Source: Candidatus Doudnabacteria bacterium
Lineage (GTDB): Bacteria; Patescibacteriota; Doudnabacteria; UBA920
Assembly (NCBI GenBank): GCA_016788665.1
Contig: JAEUSF010000002.1
Span: 6,006-70,005, forward strand
Direction of reading: 5' to 3'
Length of the DNA: 64,000 nt
Numbering within the stretch: position 1 is the first letter of the stretch; the number at the start of each line of letters is the position of its first letter. The position numbers and the translations under genes were made by a program. Positions 55,519-64,000 of the stretch are shown here, in pieces. Under the pieces are notes generated by a model. The model saw only the letters and a program-made list of their open reading frames with translations, had not been told where the DNA came from and made no database searches.

Positions 55519-55593
55519 GGTGGGTTCGGTGGGGATCGAACCCACGACAAACGGCTTAAAAGGCCGCTGCTCTACCAACTGAGCTACGAACCC
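55518..55593 (-). tRNA. tRNA-Lys (anticodon TTT), CCA encoded
   Basis: Manual cloverleaf: acceptor GGGTTCG/CGAACCC, D arm GCTC-AGTTGGTA-GAGC, anticodon loop CTTTTAA, T arm GTGGG-TTCGATC-CCCAC. Confidence 0.8.
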
Positions 55594-55687
55594 ACATATA
55601 TGTATTTCCTAGCTATTTTACATAATTATAGCTTTTTTAGCAAGAGTTAAGCGTTGTCCACAAATAATTTGGTAAATAAATTAAATT

Positions 55688-56185
55688 ATGGTATATTTAT
55701 ATAAAAGTATGTTACAAAAATATAAAAATAAAAATTCTGGCTTTACCTTAATAGAAATTTTAGTAGTTGTTGCAATTATTGCGCTTTTAAGTTCCATAGC
55801 TCTCATAGGCCTTATGTCGGCCAGGGAAAAATCCCGAAACGTTAAAAGACTAGGGGACATGACCCAAATGAATACGGCTTTAGAATTATATAATGCACAA
55901 AATAAAGGCTACCCTCCTTCTGTTAACGGAGTACCGCAAGGCATGACACCTACATTCCTAACAGGATTACCCCGCTCCCCTATTCCTCCCGACGGATTTT
56001 GTGACATTACCAGCAATCCTGCAGGCCTTCCATCTAACGATTATTATTACACTCCCACGGGAACCTCAAGTCTTATAAACGGTGTAACTGTATGGTCAGA
56101 CTACATTTATTACTTTTGTCTAGGCGGCCAAACCGGCAACTTTGGCCCTGGGCTTAGAATACTTACACCAAAAGGTGTCAGATAA
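55688..56185 (+). CDS. Type IV pilin-like protein (prepilin-type N-terminal cleavage/methylation domain)
   Basis: KNSGFTLIEILVVVAIIALLSSIAL class III signal; terminator 56190-56232. Confidence 0.75.
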   Translation: MVYLYKSMLQKYKNKNSGFTLIEILVVVAIIALLSSIALIGLMSAREKSRNVKRLGDMTQMNTALELYNAQNKGYPPSVNGVPQGMTPTFLTGLPRSPIPPDGFCDITSNPAGLPSNDYYYTPTGTSSLINGVTVWSDYIYYFCLGGQTGNFGPGLRILTPKGVR

Positions 56186-56189
56186 ACTT

Positions 56190-56232
56190 CATCTAAAACC
56201 GCCTTCTTCTAATTTAGGAGGCGGTTTTTTGA
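56190..56232 (+). terminator. Rho-independent terminator after the pilin gene
   Basis: AAACCGCCT ...loop... AGGCGGTTTTTT. Confidence 0.65.
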
Positions 56233-56285
56233 CAAAATCGGCAAATAGCTTAAACTACCTATAAATAATTATTTTCCTTAAATAT

Positions 56286-56651
56286 ATGAAAAATAAGCAA
56301 AATCTAGTTATAAGCGCAGTTATAGTAGTTGCTTTAATAGCAGCTTGGCAATTAGGTAAAACCCCAACCACAAGCACCAGGCAAAATAATCAGTCAGATA
56401 AAAATATAGAGCAAACAAATTCTGCTTCTGAAAAATCAGACCCCAAAGAAAACAATAACAAAAAAACTTGGACAGGAAGCTTAAAAGCTTCTGACAACCT
56501 AAGTAAGGGCGTGTATATATTAAACGTCGAAGGCAAAAATATTTATATAAAAACCAGCAGAGACTACTCCTCCCTTTTAGACAAACAAGTTATGGTTACC
56601 TACGAAGGAACCCTAGAGAGCTTTAAACTAGGCGACATAACAGCAAAGTAA
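56286..56651 (+). CDS. Small secreted/anchored protein, hypothetical
   Basis: N-terminal TM or signal sequence; Asn/Lys-rich. Confidence 0.4.
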   Translation: MKNKQNLVISAVIVVALIAAWQLGKTPTTSTRQNNQSDKNIEQTNSASEKSDPKENNNKKTWTGSLKASDNLSKGVYILNVEGKNIYIKTSRDYSSLLDKQVMVTYEGTLESFKLGDITAK

Positions 56652-56695
56652 CTTAAAAAGACTAGGGTATTATATATTTTTGGGAATTTAGCATT

Positions 56696-57583
56696 TTGCA
56701 GCCTACAATGTTATTAGAATCTTTTAAAACAAACTGGGATTTTGAACTTCTCGATACAGGCGACGGTTACCGCCTTGAAAAATGGGGAGACGTGATTTTA
56801 ACGCGGCCTGACCCACAAATAATATGGCCCAAAAGCTTACCCGAGGAAGAATGGCAAAAATCCTGGGCAATTTTCAAGGCAGGGGGAAAAGACGAAAAAG
56901 GTCAGTGGGAAATAAAAAAAACCCTTCCTAAGCCTTGGCATATAAAATTTCAAAACGTTAAATTACTCCCCAAGCTTTCCCCGTTTAAACATACCGGTAT
57001 TTTTGCCGAACAGGCGGCACAATGGGAATGGATGCTCAAGCAAATTTCAAACCCTCTCCCAAAGCCAAAAATACTAAATTTGTTTGCATACACCGGCGGC
57101 GCCACTATGGTTTTAGCAAAAGCAGGCTGCCAAGTAACACACGTAGACGCGTCTAAGCCCTCCATAACCTGGGCAAATGAAAATTACACTTTAAATAACC
57201 TACCAAAGGACTCGGTAAGATGGATGCTAGACGACGCGGTCAAGTTCGTTAAACGTGAACTGAAACGCGGAGCGAGCTACGACGGCATTATTATGGATCC
57301 TCCAGCTTTTGGGCATTCCCCTTCCGGCAAAACTTGGAAATTTAACAACGATATTCCAGGCTTGCTAACCGACTGCATAAACCTGCTTACTCCAAGTGCC
57401 CTATTCTTGCTTATAAATGCATACGCCACCAACTCGTCCGCCCTTGCATTACAAAACTTACTGGAAGACAAAATAAAAAACCGACCCGGAAAGGTCGAGT
57501 TTGGTGAATTGTGTTTAGAACAAAAATCTAGCCGCAAAATATCTACGGGAATATTTACCCGCTGGTCTGCGGAAGGAAAATAA
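56696..57583 (+). CDS. Class I SAM-dependent methyltransferase (RlmI/RlmK-like rRNA methyltransferase C-terminal module)
   Basis: LNLFAYTGGATMVLAKAG...THVDAS... and IIMDPPAFG motif. Confidence 0.6.
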   Translation: MQPTMLLESFKTNWDFELLDTGDGYRLEKWGDVILTRPDPQIIWPKSLPEEEWQKSWAIFKAGGKDEKGQWEIKKTLPKPWHIKFQNVKLLPKLSPFKHTGIFAEQAAQWEWMLKQISNPLPKPKILNLFAYTGGATMVLAKAGCQVTHVDASKPSITWANENYTLNNLPKDSVRWMLDDAVKFVKRELKRGASYDGIIMDPPAFGHSPSGKTWKFNNDIPGLLTDCINLLTPSALFLLINAYATNSSALALQNLLEDKIKNRPGKVEFGELCLEQKSSRKISTGIFTRWSAEGK

Positions 57584-57646
57584 CAAAGTTAAATTATTTC
57601 AAACCTCGTACCCTAATCAAGAATTCATAATTCCAGCTTTTTGGTT

Positions 57647-58027
57647 CTATTTTGACGGCTCTAAATACGACATAGCATGATTATAAATTTCGTCCAAGCT
57701 CAAAGCCCCTTTAGCCAAAAACTCTTTAACTCCTTTTTGTAAAAAAGCTTCCCTTAAATCCGGTTTGTCCAAGTTAGTTAAAATTACCACAGGCACGTCA
57801 GCCAAACCAGGCTGGCCTTTTAAATATTCCAAAATTTGCATACTGCCATCTTCAGTGGTCAATAGTAAATCTAACAATACTAGTTCAGGAGTAAAACTCT
57901 TTAAAATTTCTAGTGTTTCTTCTGCGGTACGGGCTGTCTTTACCGAAACATCGAAACTCGAAAAACGTTTTTCCAAAGTATTTAAAATTAGCTTATCGTC
58001 GTCTACTATTAAAATTGAATGCTTCAT
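57647..58027 (-). CDS. Stand-alone response regulator receiver domain (CheY-like)
   Basis: ILIVDDD...LVLLDLLL...T....K REC motifs; internal Met chosen as start. Confidence 0.7.
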   Translation of the reverse strand: MKHSILIVDDDKLILNTLEKRFSSFDVSVKTARTAEETLEILKSFTPELVLLDLLLTTEDGSMQILEYLKGQPGLADVPVVILTNLDKPDLREAFLQKGVKEFLAKGALSLDEIYNHAMSYLEPSK

Positions 58028-58031
58028 AAAT

Positions 58032-58571
58032 TTATATTTCCGAGCTATCACCTACAAATTTTCCCAGGGCTACCAAATATACAACTGGCAAAACCAGCCA
58101 AACAAAGGCAGATGAAGGATGTAAAAATATAGTTCTAATAAGCAAACTAAAGCTTTCTTGCACACCTGCAGGCAAGAGACCCAAGACTATGTTTATAAGC
58201 AGCCCAACCTGCAAAAATGCAAAAAATAATCCAAAGAACATGGAACTCATATGCCTGTGATCAGCCGAAGTTTTAAAAACAAACCTACCCAAAAGTAAAA
58301 ACAAGACCAGAAAAATAGCAACAAAAGCAGACAACTGCTGAAGAGAAGCTAAAGCGCTAGGTAATCTTTGAGAAAAAGTTTCAGCTAAAAACGGTGCCTC
58401 CAAAACCAACAATTTTGCCATATAAACCGATATTAATATGTTTATTATCCTTCCGCGCCCCGCCGCAAAAGCATAAAAAACGCTAGCCAAAACCCAGGCA
58501 CCTAAAATAAACAAATCCCAAGTTGGGGTTTGCCAATTAAAACTCTTAACTAAATTCAAAATTTCTGACAA
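58032..58571 (-). CDS. CvpA-like small polytopic membrane protein
   Basis: Four hydrophobic helices; N-terminus resembles the CvpA family. Confidence 0.35.
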   Translation of the reverse strand: MSEILNLVKSFNWQTPTWDLFILGAWVLASVFYAFAAGRGRIINILISVYMAKLLVLEAPFLAETFSQRLPSALASLQQLSAFVAIFLVLFLLLGRFVFKTSADHRHMSSMFFGLFFAFLQVGLLINIVLGLLPAGVQESFSLLIRTIFLHPSSAFVWLVLPVVYLVALGKFVGDSSEI

Positions 58572-58648
58572 AATTTTATTTTAATGGACTTTTAAGCTAA
58601 CTGTATTATACCATAAAATCCTTAAAATAAAAACAAAAATTAAACAGT

Positions 58649-59803
58649 CTATAGATTACCCTTTATGCTTTCCCAAAAACCTTTGTCTACTTCCACTACC
58701 TCACCCCTTTCGTCTGCAAGTTTTTTTAGGAGCTCCTTCTCTTTCTTAGAAAGCTTTTGAGGTACGATAACGCGCGCAGTCAATAACAAGTCACCTCTTC
58801 GTTCGGCATTTACATAAGGCACGCCTTTTTCCTTTACCTTAAACACTGTTGCACTCTGCGTTCCTGAAGGCACCTTAAGCTCAATATCACCATCTAAAGT
58901 TTTAACCAATATTTTTGCCCCCAACGCGGCTTGGGTAAAACTTATTGGGAGATCCTTATGCAAATTAAATCCGTCTCGAGTAAATTCTTTACTAGGTTTT
59001 ACATTTATGAACAAATACAAATCTCCTGGGCTCGACCCTCTATATCCAGCCTCCCCCTCCCCCATTACTCTAACCCTCTGTCCGTTATCTATTCCAGCAG
59101 GAATTTTAACCGAAATTGTTTTATCTTGTCGCTTTAAACCATTGCCTCCGCAAGCCTGACACGCTATTTCAGGAACCTTTCCAGTACCTTCGCATCTTTC
59201 ACAAACAGTTCTGGATTGTACGGTTCCAAAAATAGTCCTACGCGCTGCCACTACTTGACCCGAACCTTTACAAATAGCACACGTAATAAGCTTGCTTCCT
59301 TCAGAAGCCCCCGACCCTTCACATACTATACATGTATCCTTTTTTTCCAATGTAACAGTTTTTTCCACACCAAAAACAGCTTCCTCAAACGCAATACTTA
59401 AAGACATTTCTAAATCTATTCCACGATTCCTGCGCGAAGTAGCCTCTTGCCTTCCACCAAAAAAATCACTAAAAATATCGCCCAAGTCATCGCCAAACCC
59501 CCACGAACCGCTTCCACCGCTAAAATCAAAACCTTCAAATGGACTTTGTCCATTTGAAGCACGCGCCTGAGAGGCTGCTTCCCAGTTGCTGCCATACGTA
59601 TCGTAGGCCTTCCTTTTCTGGTCATCTCCCAATACCTGATACGCTTCATTTATCTCTTTAAATTTATCTGCGTTACCATTGCCCTTGTCAGGATGAAACT
59701 CATGGGCCTTTTTTCTAAAAGCTCGCTTAATTTCCTCCTGAGAAGCACCTTTGGGGACCCCTAAACTTTGATAAAAATCTTTTGTCATATGGTAAGACGC
59801 CAA
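58649..59803 (-). CDS. dnaJ: Chaperone DnaJ
   Basis: J-domain HPD motif (FHPDKG), G/F region, four CxxCxGxG zinc-finger repeats. Confidence 0.9.
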   Translation of the reverse strand: MASYHMTKDFYQSLGVPKGASQEEIKRAFRKKAHEFHPDKGNGNADKFKEINEAYQVLGDDQKRKAYDTYGSNWEAASQARASNGQSPFEGFDFSGGSGSWGFGDDLGDIFSDFFGGRQEATSRRNRGIDLEMSLSIAFEEAVFGVEKTVTLEKKDTCIVCEGSGASEGSKLITCAICKGSGQVVAARRTIFGTVQSRTVCERCEGTGKVPEIACQACGGNGLKRQDKTISVKIPAGIDNGQRVRVMGEGEAGYRGSSPGDLYLFINVKPSKEFTRDGFNLHKDLPISFTQAALGAKILVKTLDGDIELKVPSGTQSATVFKVKEKGVPYVNAERRGDLLLTARVIVPQKLSKKEKELLKKLADERGEVVEVDKGFWESIKGNL

Positions 59804-59871
59804 TATACAAACCTTACGCGAATGATGCGAATACCAGCGACATTCGCATGAATTTATAATTTTGCGTCGCT

Positions 59872-60201
59872 TTATTTAAAATCTATTTTATGGTCTGGTC
59901 TAACTTCCAATTGAATAGTCCCAAACTCTTCCTCATACTTTTTTAAGTTTTCTTCCATCGCCCTCAACATCCTTTTAAAATGAGACGGCGACAAAACTAT
60001 GCGGGCAGAAAGACTTCCTGCTGGCGGAACAACGGTAAAGAAATCTATAACAAACTCTTCGCCAGTATGAACGATTTGCGCCTGATTAGCATATATACCT
60101 TTTAAAGACTCGGGACTAGCCTGAACAGGGATACTTTTTTGCTCTGAATTTTGCATTTTATTTTCCTTATTAATTACCCTACTACTTAAACATACCTGCA
60201 A
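59872..60201 (-). CDS. DUF3467-like small protein, hypothetical
   Basis: ORF; true start probably the internal MQNSEQK. Confidence 0.4.
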   Translation of the reverse strand: MQVCLSSRVINKENKMQNSEQKSIPVQASPESLKGIYANQAQIVHTGEEFVIDFFTVVPPAGSLSARIVLSPSHFKRMLRAMEENLKKYEEEFGTIQLEVRPDHKIDFK

Positions 60202-60919
60202 TTACACCAGCCTGTTCAATTTCAGAATCACAATAAGCCGAAGGAAGTACGCTAGCATTAAATAAAACAGCTCGCCCTGGTTTTTGAACATCTGACTGCA
60301 TAATACAATTGGCATTTTTATGCTCAGTCAAACCAATCTGCAACCCAAATTGGTTAAGCATTGCTCCTGCCATATACTCCCTAAGCGCTTGTCTATATTC
60401 CGCGGTTAACTCCTTCAAAACCTTGTCGGAAACCAATATCCCGAAATCCTTAAACGCCTTTGCCGGACCTTCTGCCGAGCCTTCAAAATCACCTGCATAA
60501 ATAACAAACAAACTACCTTGATTGTAGCGCTTATGTCTCCTATATTTGGAAGATAACTCGTCCAACTGGCTCGCATTTACAAATTTGCTATCAAAAGTAT
60601 CGACATTTACTAGAATAGTTTTTTTACCGGTTATCCTTTCGACCTCCAAAACAAACTTTCTTAATGCTTCTTCATTTGCTTCAAAACCACGAGCAACTAA
60701 GACCTCCACCACAATGGAGTCTGTGGAAAAATATTGACCACGAGCATCACCCACATTATCTAAACCAAGACTCCAGCGCCAAAAGTCAGACTTGCCCAAA
60801 CTGTACCGGTTTGTCTGGTTAAAATAACTACCCTTTGGCCCCATGGCTTCGTAGCGCAAATATCCGAACGTACTACCAATAACCAGTATTATAAGCAGAG
60901 CAAAAATTTTGTAGGACAT
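60182..60919 (-). CDS. Membrane-anchored hypothetical protein
   Basis: N-terminal TM helix; 245 aa. Confidence 0.45.
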   Translation of the reverse strand: MSYKIFALLIILVIGSTFGYLRYEAMGPKGSYFNQTNRYSLGKSDFWRWSLGLDNVGDARGQYFSTDSIVVEVLVARGFEANEEALRKFVLEVERITGKKTILVNVDTFDSKFVNASQLDELSSKYRRHKRYNQGSLFVIYAGDFEGSAEGPAKAFKDFGILVSDKVLKELTAEYRQALREYMAGAMLNQFGLQIGLTEHKNANCIMQSDVQKPGRAVLFNASVLPSAYCDSEIEQAGVIAGMFK

Positions 60920-61002
60920 ATAGTGAGTAACGCGTTTCCCAATTCAAAATATTGAATTTTAAAATTGAGGTTTTATTTTAATTTCAATTTTATATTTGGC
61001 GC

Positions 61003-62886
61003 CTACTTAACTTCTTTATATTCAGCGTCCACTGCCCCCTGCTGACCTGCCTGGGGGGTATCCCCACCGTTTGGAGCCTGGCTGCTTTCGCCCTGTGGCT
61101 GCTCGGAAACTTTTTCTGCGCCTGCCTGTGAATACATAGCCGCGCCGACTTTCTGAATAGCGGAAGATAATTCGTCCATAGCTTTCTTTATTGCCTCAAT
61201 ATCCTCTTTATCTTTTACATCTTTTAAAGCTTTAATTTTTTCTTCTACCAAAGCCTTGTCTTCAGCTTTAGCTTTATCACCAGCATCCTTTATAGTCTTT
61301 TCAGAAACGGCTATTAAGGTATCTGCCTGATTTCGAGTATCAACAGTTTCTTTTCTTTTTCTGTCTTCTTCCGCATGTGCCTCTGCCTCTTTTTTCATTC
61401 TTTCAATCTCATCCTTATTTAAATTAGAAGAGCCTTGAATAGTGATTTTATTTTCCTTACTAGTTGCTTTATCTTTTGCCTTTACAGTCAAAATGCCGTT
61501 AGCGTCTATATCAAAAGTAACTTCTACTTGGGGAACCCCTCTAGGAGCTGGTGGTATACCATCGAGTATAAAATGTCCTAAAGACTTATTATCCTTAGCG
61601 AACTCACGCTCACCCTGCAGCACATGAACTTCAACCGAAGTTTGATTGTCCGCAGCTGTAGAAAACACCTGGGACTTTGAAGTCGGTATAGTTGTATTTC
61701 TGTCTATTAAAGCCGTGCGAACTCCACCCAAAGTTTCAAGACCTAGGGTTAAAGGAGTAACATCTAATAACAAAATTTCCTTGCCCTGGACATCTCCGCC
61801 CAAAATTCCAGCCTGTACAGCCGCACCTTTAGCAACAGCTTCCATGGGATCCACCCCACGTTCAATCTGCTTGCCTATAAACTCTTCTACAAACTTTTGC
61901 ACGGCAGGCATCCGGGTAGGTCCGCCTATTAGAATAATTTTATCTATATTTTGAGGAGTAAGTTTTGCATCTGACAAGGCCTGCGTTACAGGTGCCCGCA
62001 TTCTTTCTACAATAGGCTTAACCAACTCTTCCAACTTTGCCCGAGTAATTTTAGTTTGCAAATGTTTAGGACCGGAAGCGTCTGCAGTAATAAACGGCAA
62101 ATTAAGATCAGTCTCCATAGTGGTAGAAAGTTCTATTTTAGCCTTTTCCGCAGATTCCCTTACGCGATTCATCGCCATTTTATCGGAAGTAATATCTACA
62201 CCATTCTGAGTTTTAAATTCTGTTGTTATAAAATTAATTAAAGCAGCATCCATATCCTTACCACCCAACTGAGTGTCACCACTGGTGGACAGCACTTCAA
62301 AAGTCGCCTGGCCATCATGCTCGCCAAAGTCCATTATGGTTACATCCAAAGTTCCCCCACCAAGGTCAAAAACTAAAATCTTTTGATCCTTACCAGTTTT
62401 ATCGAGGCCATAGGCAAAAGCCGCAGCTGTCGGCTCATTTATAACACGCACAACTTCAAGACCGGCTATTTCACCTGCGTTTTTTGTTGCCTGTCTTTGT
62501 GTATCATCGAAATAAGCCGGAACAGTTATAACAGCCTTAGCAACAGGTTCTCCTAAAAAACTTTCCGCATCTTTTTTTATTTTCTGCAAAATGAAAGCGG
62601 AAATCTGCTCCGGACTGTACTCTTTACCGTTTATGTTATAACGGAAATTTGTACCCATTTTACGCTTCGCTTCGTAAATCGTTCCCTCTGGGTTTGTAAT
62701 TGCTTGGCGCCTAGCCGGCTCACCAACCAAAAGCTGCCCTTCTTTGGTAAAGGCCACATACGAAGGAAATGCCTTACCACCTAGAGAAGTTCCTTCAGCA
62801 GCCGGAATCATAACCGGACTTGCTCCCTGCATAACAGAAGCGGCGCTATTACTTGTACCTAAATCTATTCCAATAATTTTTGCCAT
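61003..62886 (-). CDS. dnaK: Chaperone DnaK (Hsp70)
   Basis: [10 protein letters not shown]..., DLGGGTLDV, ...[11 protein letters not shown] signatures. Confidence 0.95.
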   Translation of the reverse strand: MAKIIGIDLGTSNSAASVMQGASPVMIPAAEGTSLGGKAFPSYVAFTKEGQLLVGEPARRQAITNPEGTIYEAKRKMGTNFRYNINGKEYSPEQISAFILQKIKKDAESFLGEPVAKAVITVPAYFDDTQRQATKNAGEIAGLEVVRVINEPTAAAFAYGLDKTGKDQKILVFDLGGGTLDVTIMDFGEHDGQATFEVLSTSGDTQLGGKDMDAALINFITTEFKTQNGVDITSDKMAMNRVRESAEKAKIELSTTMETDLNLPFITADASGPKHLQTKITRAKLEELVKPIVERMRAPVTQALSDAKLTPQNIDKIILIGGPTRMPAVQKFVEEFIGKQIERGVDPMEAVAKGAAVQAGILGGDVQGKEILLLDVTPLTLGLETLGGVRTALIDRNTTIPTSKSQVFSTAADNQTSVEVHVLQGEREFAKDNKSLGHFILDGIPPAPRGVPQVEVTFDIDANGILTVKAKDKATSKENKITIQGSSNLNKDEIERMKKEAEAHAEEDRKRKETVDTRNQADTLIAVSEKTIKDAGDKAKAEDKALVEEKIKALKDVKDKEDIEAIKKAMDELSSAIQKVGAAMYSQAGAEKVSEQPQGESSQAPNGGDTPQAGQQGAVDAEYKEVK

Positions 62887-63012
62887 AAAATTTTCCTTTT
62901 ACAGACCAATGAATTTACACGAATCTACAGATTCTATTTTTCATAGGTCTAATTAAAATCAATTTGTATACTTATAGTTATTAATTTAAATTTTAAACTC
63001 CATGAGGTTACT

Positions 63013-63306
63013 TTATAATTCTTCCACTTCCATTTCCCTAAACTCGTTTAAAGACTTTCCTATTATATTTTTACTTGAAAGCATTTTTTTAAAAACTACA
63101 AATTCACTTTCGTACTTCTCGTCCAATCTCACAAAAACATTGCCTTCGCTATTATCAGCCTGTCTTTCGACGTGCAAAATTATTTTGCGTTTATTTAAAA
63201 TTTTACTGGTTATAATACAATCGTCATAACTGAGCACTTTTATGCTCTTTGGCTTATCTTCCCATTCCATTATCTCTCCCACCAAAAACATATCTTTCAC
63301 TTTCAT
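63013..63306 (-). CDS. Hypothetical protein between grpE and dnaK
   Basis: 97-aa ORF. Confidence 0.4.
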   Translation of the reverse strand: MKVKDMFLVGEIMEWEDKPKSIKVLSYDDCIITSKILNKRKIILHVERQADNSEGNVFVRLDEKYESEFVVFKKMLSSKNIIGKSLNEFREMEVEEL

Positions 63307-63372
63307 AACGTTTCCCTTTAAGTCCGTCTCGTTCCCGTAAAGGCGGAAGATTAATTAAAAAATTTTACTAAT

Positions 63373-63912
63373 TTATTCACCACTTTCAATAGTCTTCTTG
63401 AATATTGTTACTTGCGTTGGCCTTATAACTTTTCCGTTCAACTCAAACCCTGTCTGCATCTCCTCCGCAATCATTCCATCTGCTTCACCTTCAATTTCCT
63501 TTATAGCCTCGTGAAAATGCGGGTCAAACTTTTTACCAACTGCTTCAATTTTCTTAACACCCAGTTCGCCCAACGCCTGGTCAAGCTGCATAAGAATTCC
63601 TTTTATTCCCACCTGCCAATTCTCATAAGCCTTACTAAACTCTTTTGTTTCCTCACTGCCCACCGTCCACTGCCCACTAACAACCGGTATATGCTTTAAA
63701 GCTTTAGCCAAAGTATCCAGGGTCGGAAGCAATTTTACTACCGTGACCTCTTTAGCAAACTCCAACATTTCCCTATTTTCCCTTTCCTTTTGCTTTTTAT
63801 AGTTCTCAAAATCCGCCTGTGCCCGGCGCCAACCATTCATGGCTTTTTCAAGCTCATCCTTTAAATTCTTTTGATCTGAACCTTCTTCATTTTGCTGTTC
63901 TTCGTCGGACAT
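63373..63912 (-). CDS. grpE: Nucleotide exchange factor GrpE
   Basis: Coiled-coil N-terminus and GrpE C-terminal beta domain; positioned upstream of dnaK. Confidence 0.8.
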   Translation of the reverse strand: MSDEEQQNEEGSDQKNLKDELEKAMNGWRRAQADFENYKKQKERENREMLEFAKEVTVVKLLPTLDTLAKALKHIPVVSGQWTVGSEETKEFSKAYENWQVGIKGILMQLDQALGELGVKKIEAVGKKFDPHFHEAIKEIEGEADGMIAEEMQTGFELNGKVIRPTQVTIFKKTIESGE

Positions 63913-63920
63913 ATGTCGAA

Positions 63921-63990
63921 ATTTAAATATTAAATATTAAAATGACAATTCCAAATTAAAATTCTTAATTTTACTTTGTCATTTTCAGCT
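63921..63990. repeat. Heptad repeats (AAATATT x2 ...) containing the inverted repeat AAAATGACAA-N27-TTGTCATTTT upstream of grpE
   Basis: Direct reading; this is not a CIRCE. Confidence 0.5.
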
Positions 63991-64000
63991 TTGACCCGCC

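Noticed and set aside
62887-63012. CIRCE upstream of dnaK
   Set aside because: No TTAGCACTC-like inverted repeat is present in this spacer.
1-64000. Alternative genetic code, with UGA recoded as in some CPR lineages
   Set aside because: Long conserved genes (dnaK, topA, nrdJ, ftsZ) are intact in code 11. Several genes, for example the methyltransferase at 2105-2107, terminate at TGA exactly where homologs end.
1-64000. CRISPR arrays and rRNA genes
   Set aside because: No array of regularly spaced identical direct repeats of 25–40 bp was seen. The tandem repeats present are degenerate heptads without spacers. No rRNA-like conserved blocks were seen.

Overview
The window is a low-GC (about 38%), gene-dense bacterial chromosome segment with small proteins, little synthesis capacity and rho-independent terminators after most genes. 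This is consistent with a reduced-genome CPR/Patescibacteria-like organism using the standard code (TGA is a stop). Housekeeping content includes chaperones (a CIRCE-like operator sits upstream of groES) and ftsA and ftsZ, which are separated by about 11 kb. It also includes an nrdR–nrdJ (B12-dependent RNR)–cobalamin adenosyltransferase cluster, Rel, Ndk, cyclophilin, MutM, TopA, Der, Pth, signal peptidase I, an LCP protein, a MacB/FtsX-type ABC transporter, a natural-competence set (ComEC, DprA, a type IV pilin-like protein), tRNA-Val and tRNA-Lys. The most striking feature is a 6.7 kb high-GC island (about 26.9–33.6 kb) of five co-directional membrane or secreted proteins of unknown function. 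It has sharp compositional edges flanked by hairpins, lies between ftsA and ftsZ, and is probably horizontally acquired; alternatively it is an assembly chimera. Other notable points are a dispersed family of degenerate 7-bp-period tandem repeats in many intergenic regions, including a shared roughly 30-nt leader before ftsA and topA, and degenerate copies of the tRNA-Lys 3' half next to that gene. A 34-bp perfect palindrome lies inside mutM, and capA carries an in-frame GC-rich insertion. An unannotated 58-aa zinc-ribbon ORF is followed by a 13-aa ORF with a strong SD. A VirD4-like ATPase, compact Clp-like ATPase and 905-aa acidic protein form one co-directional cluster, and a 506-aa secreted protein has a TrbC/VirB2-like C-terminal hairpin. 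No rRNA and no CRISPR array were found.
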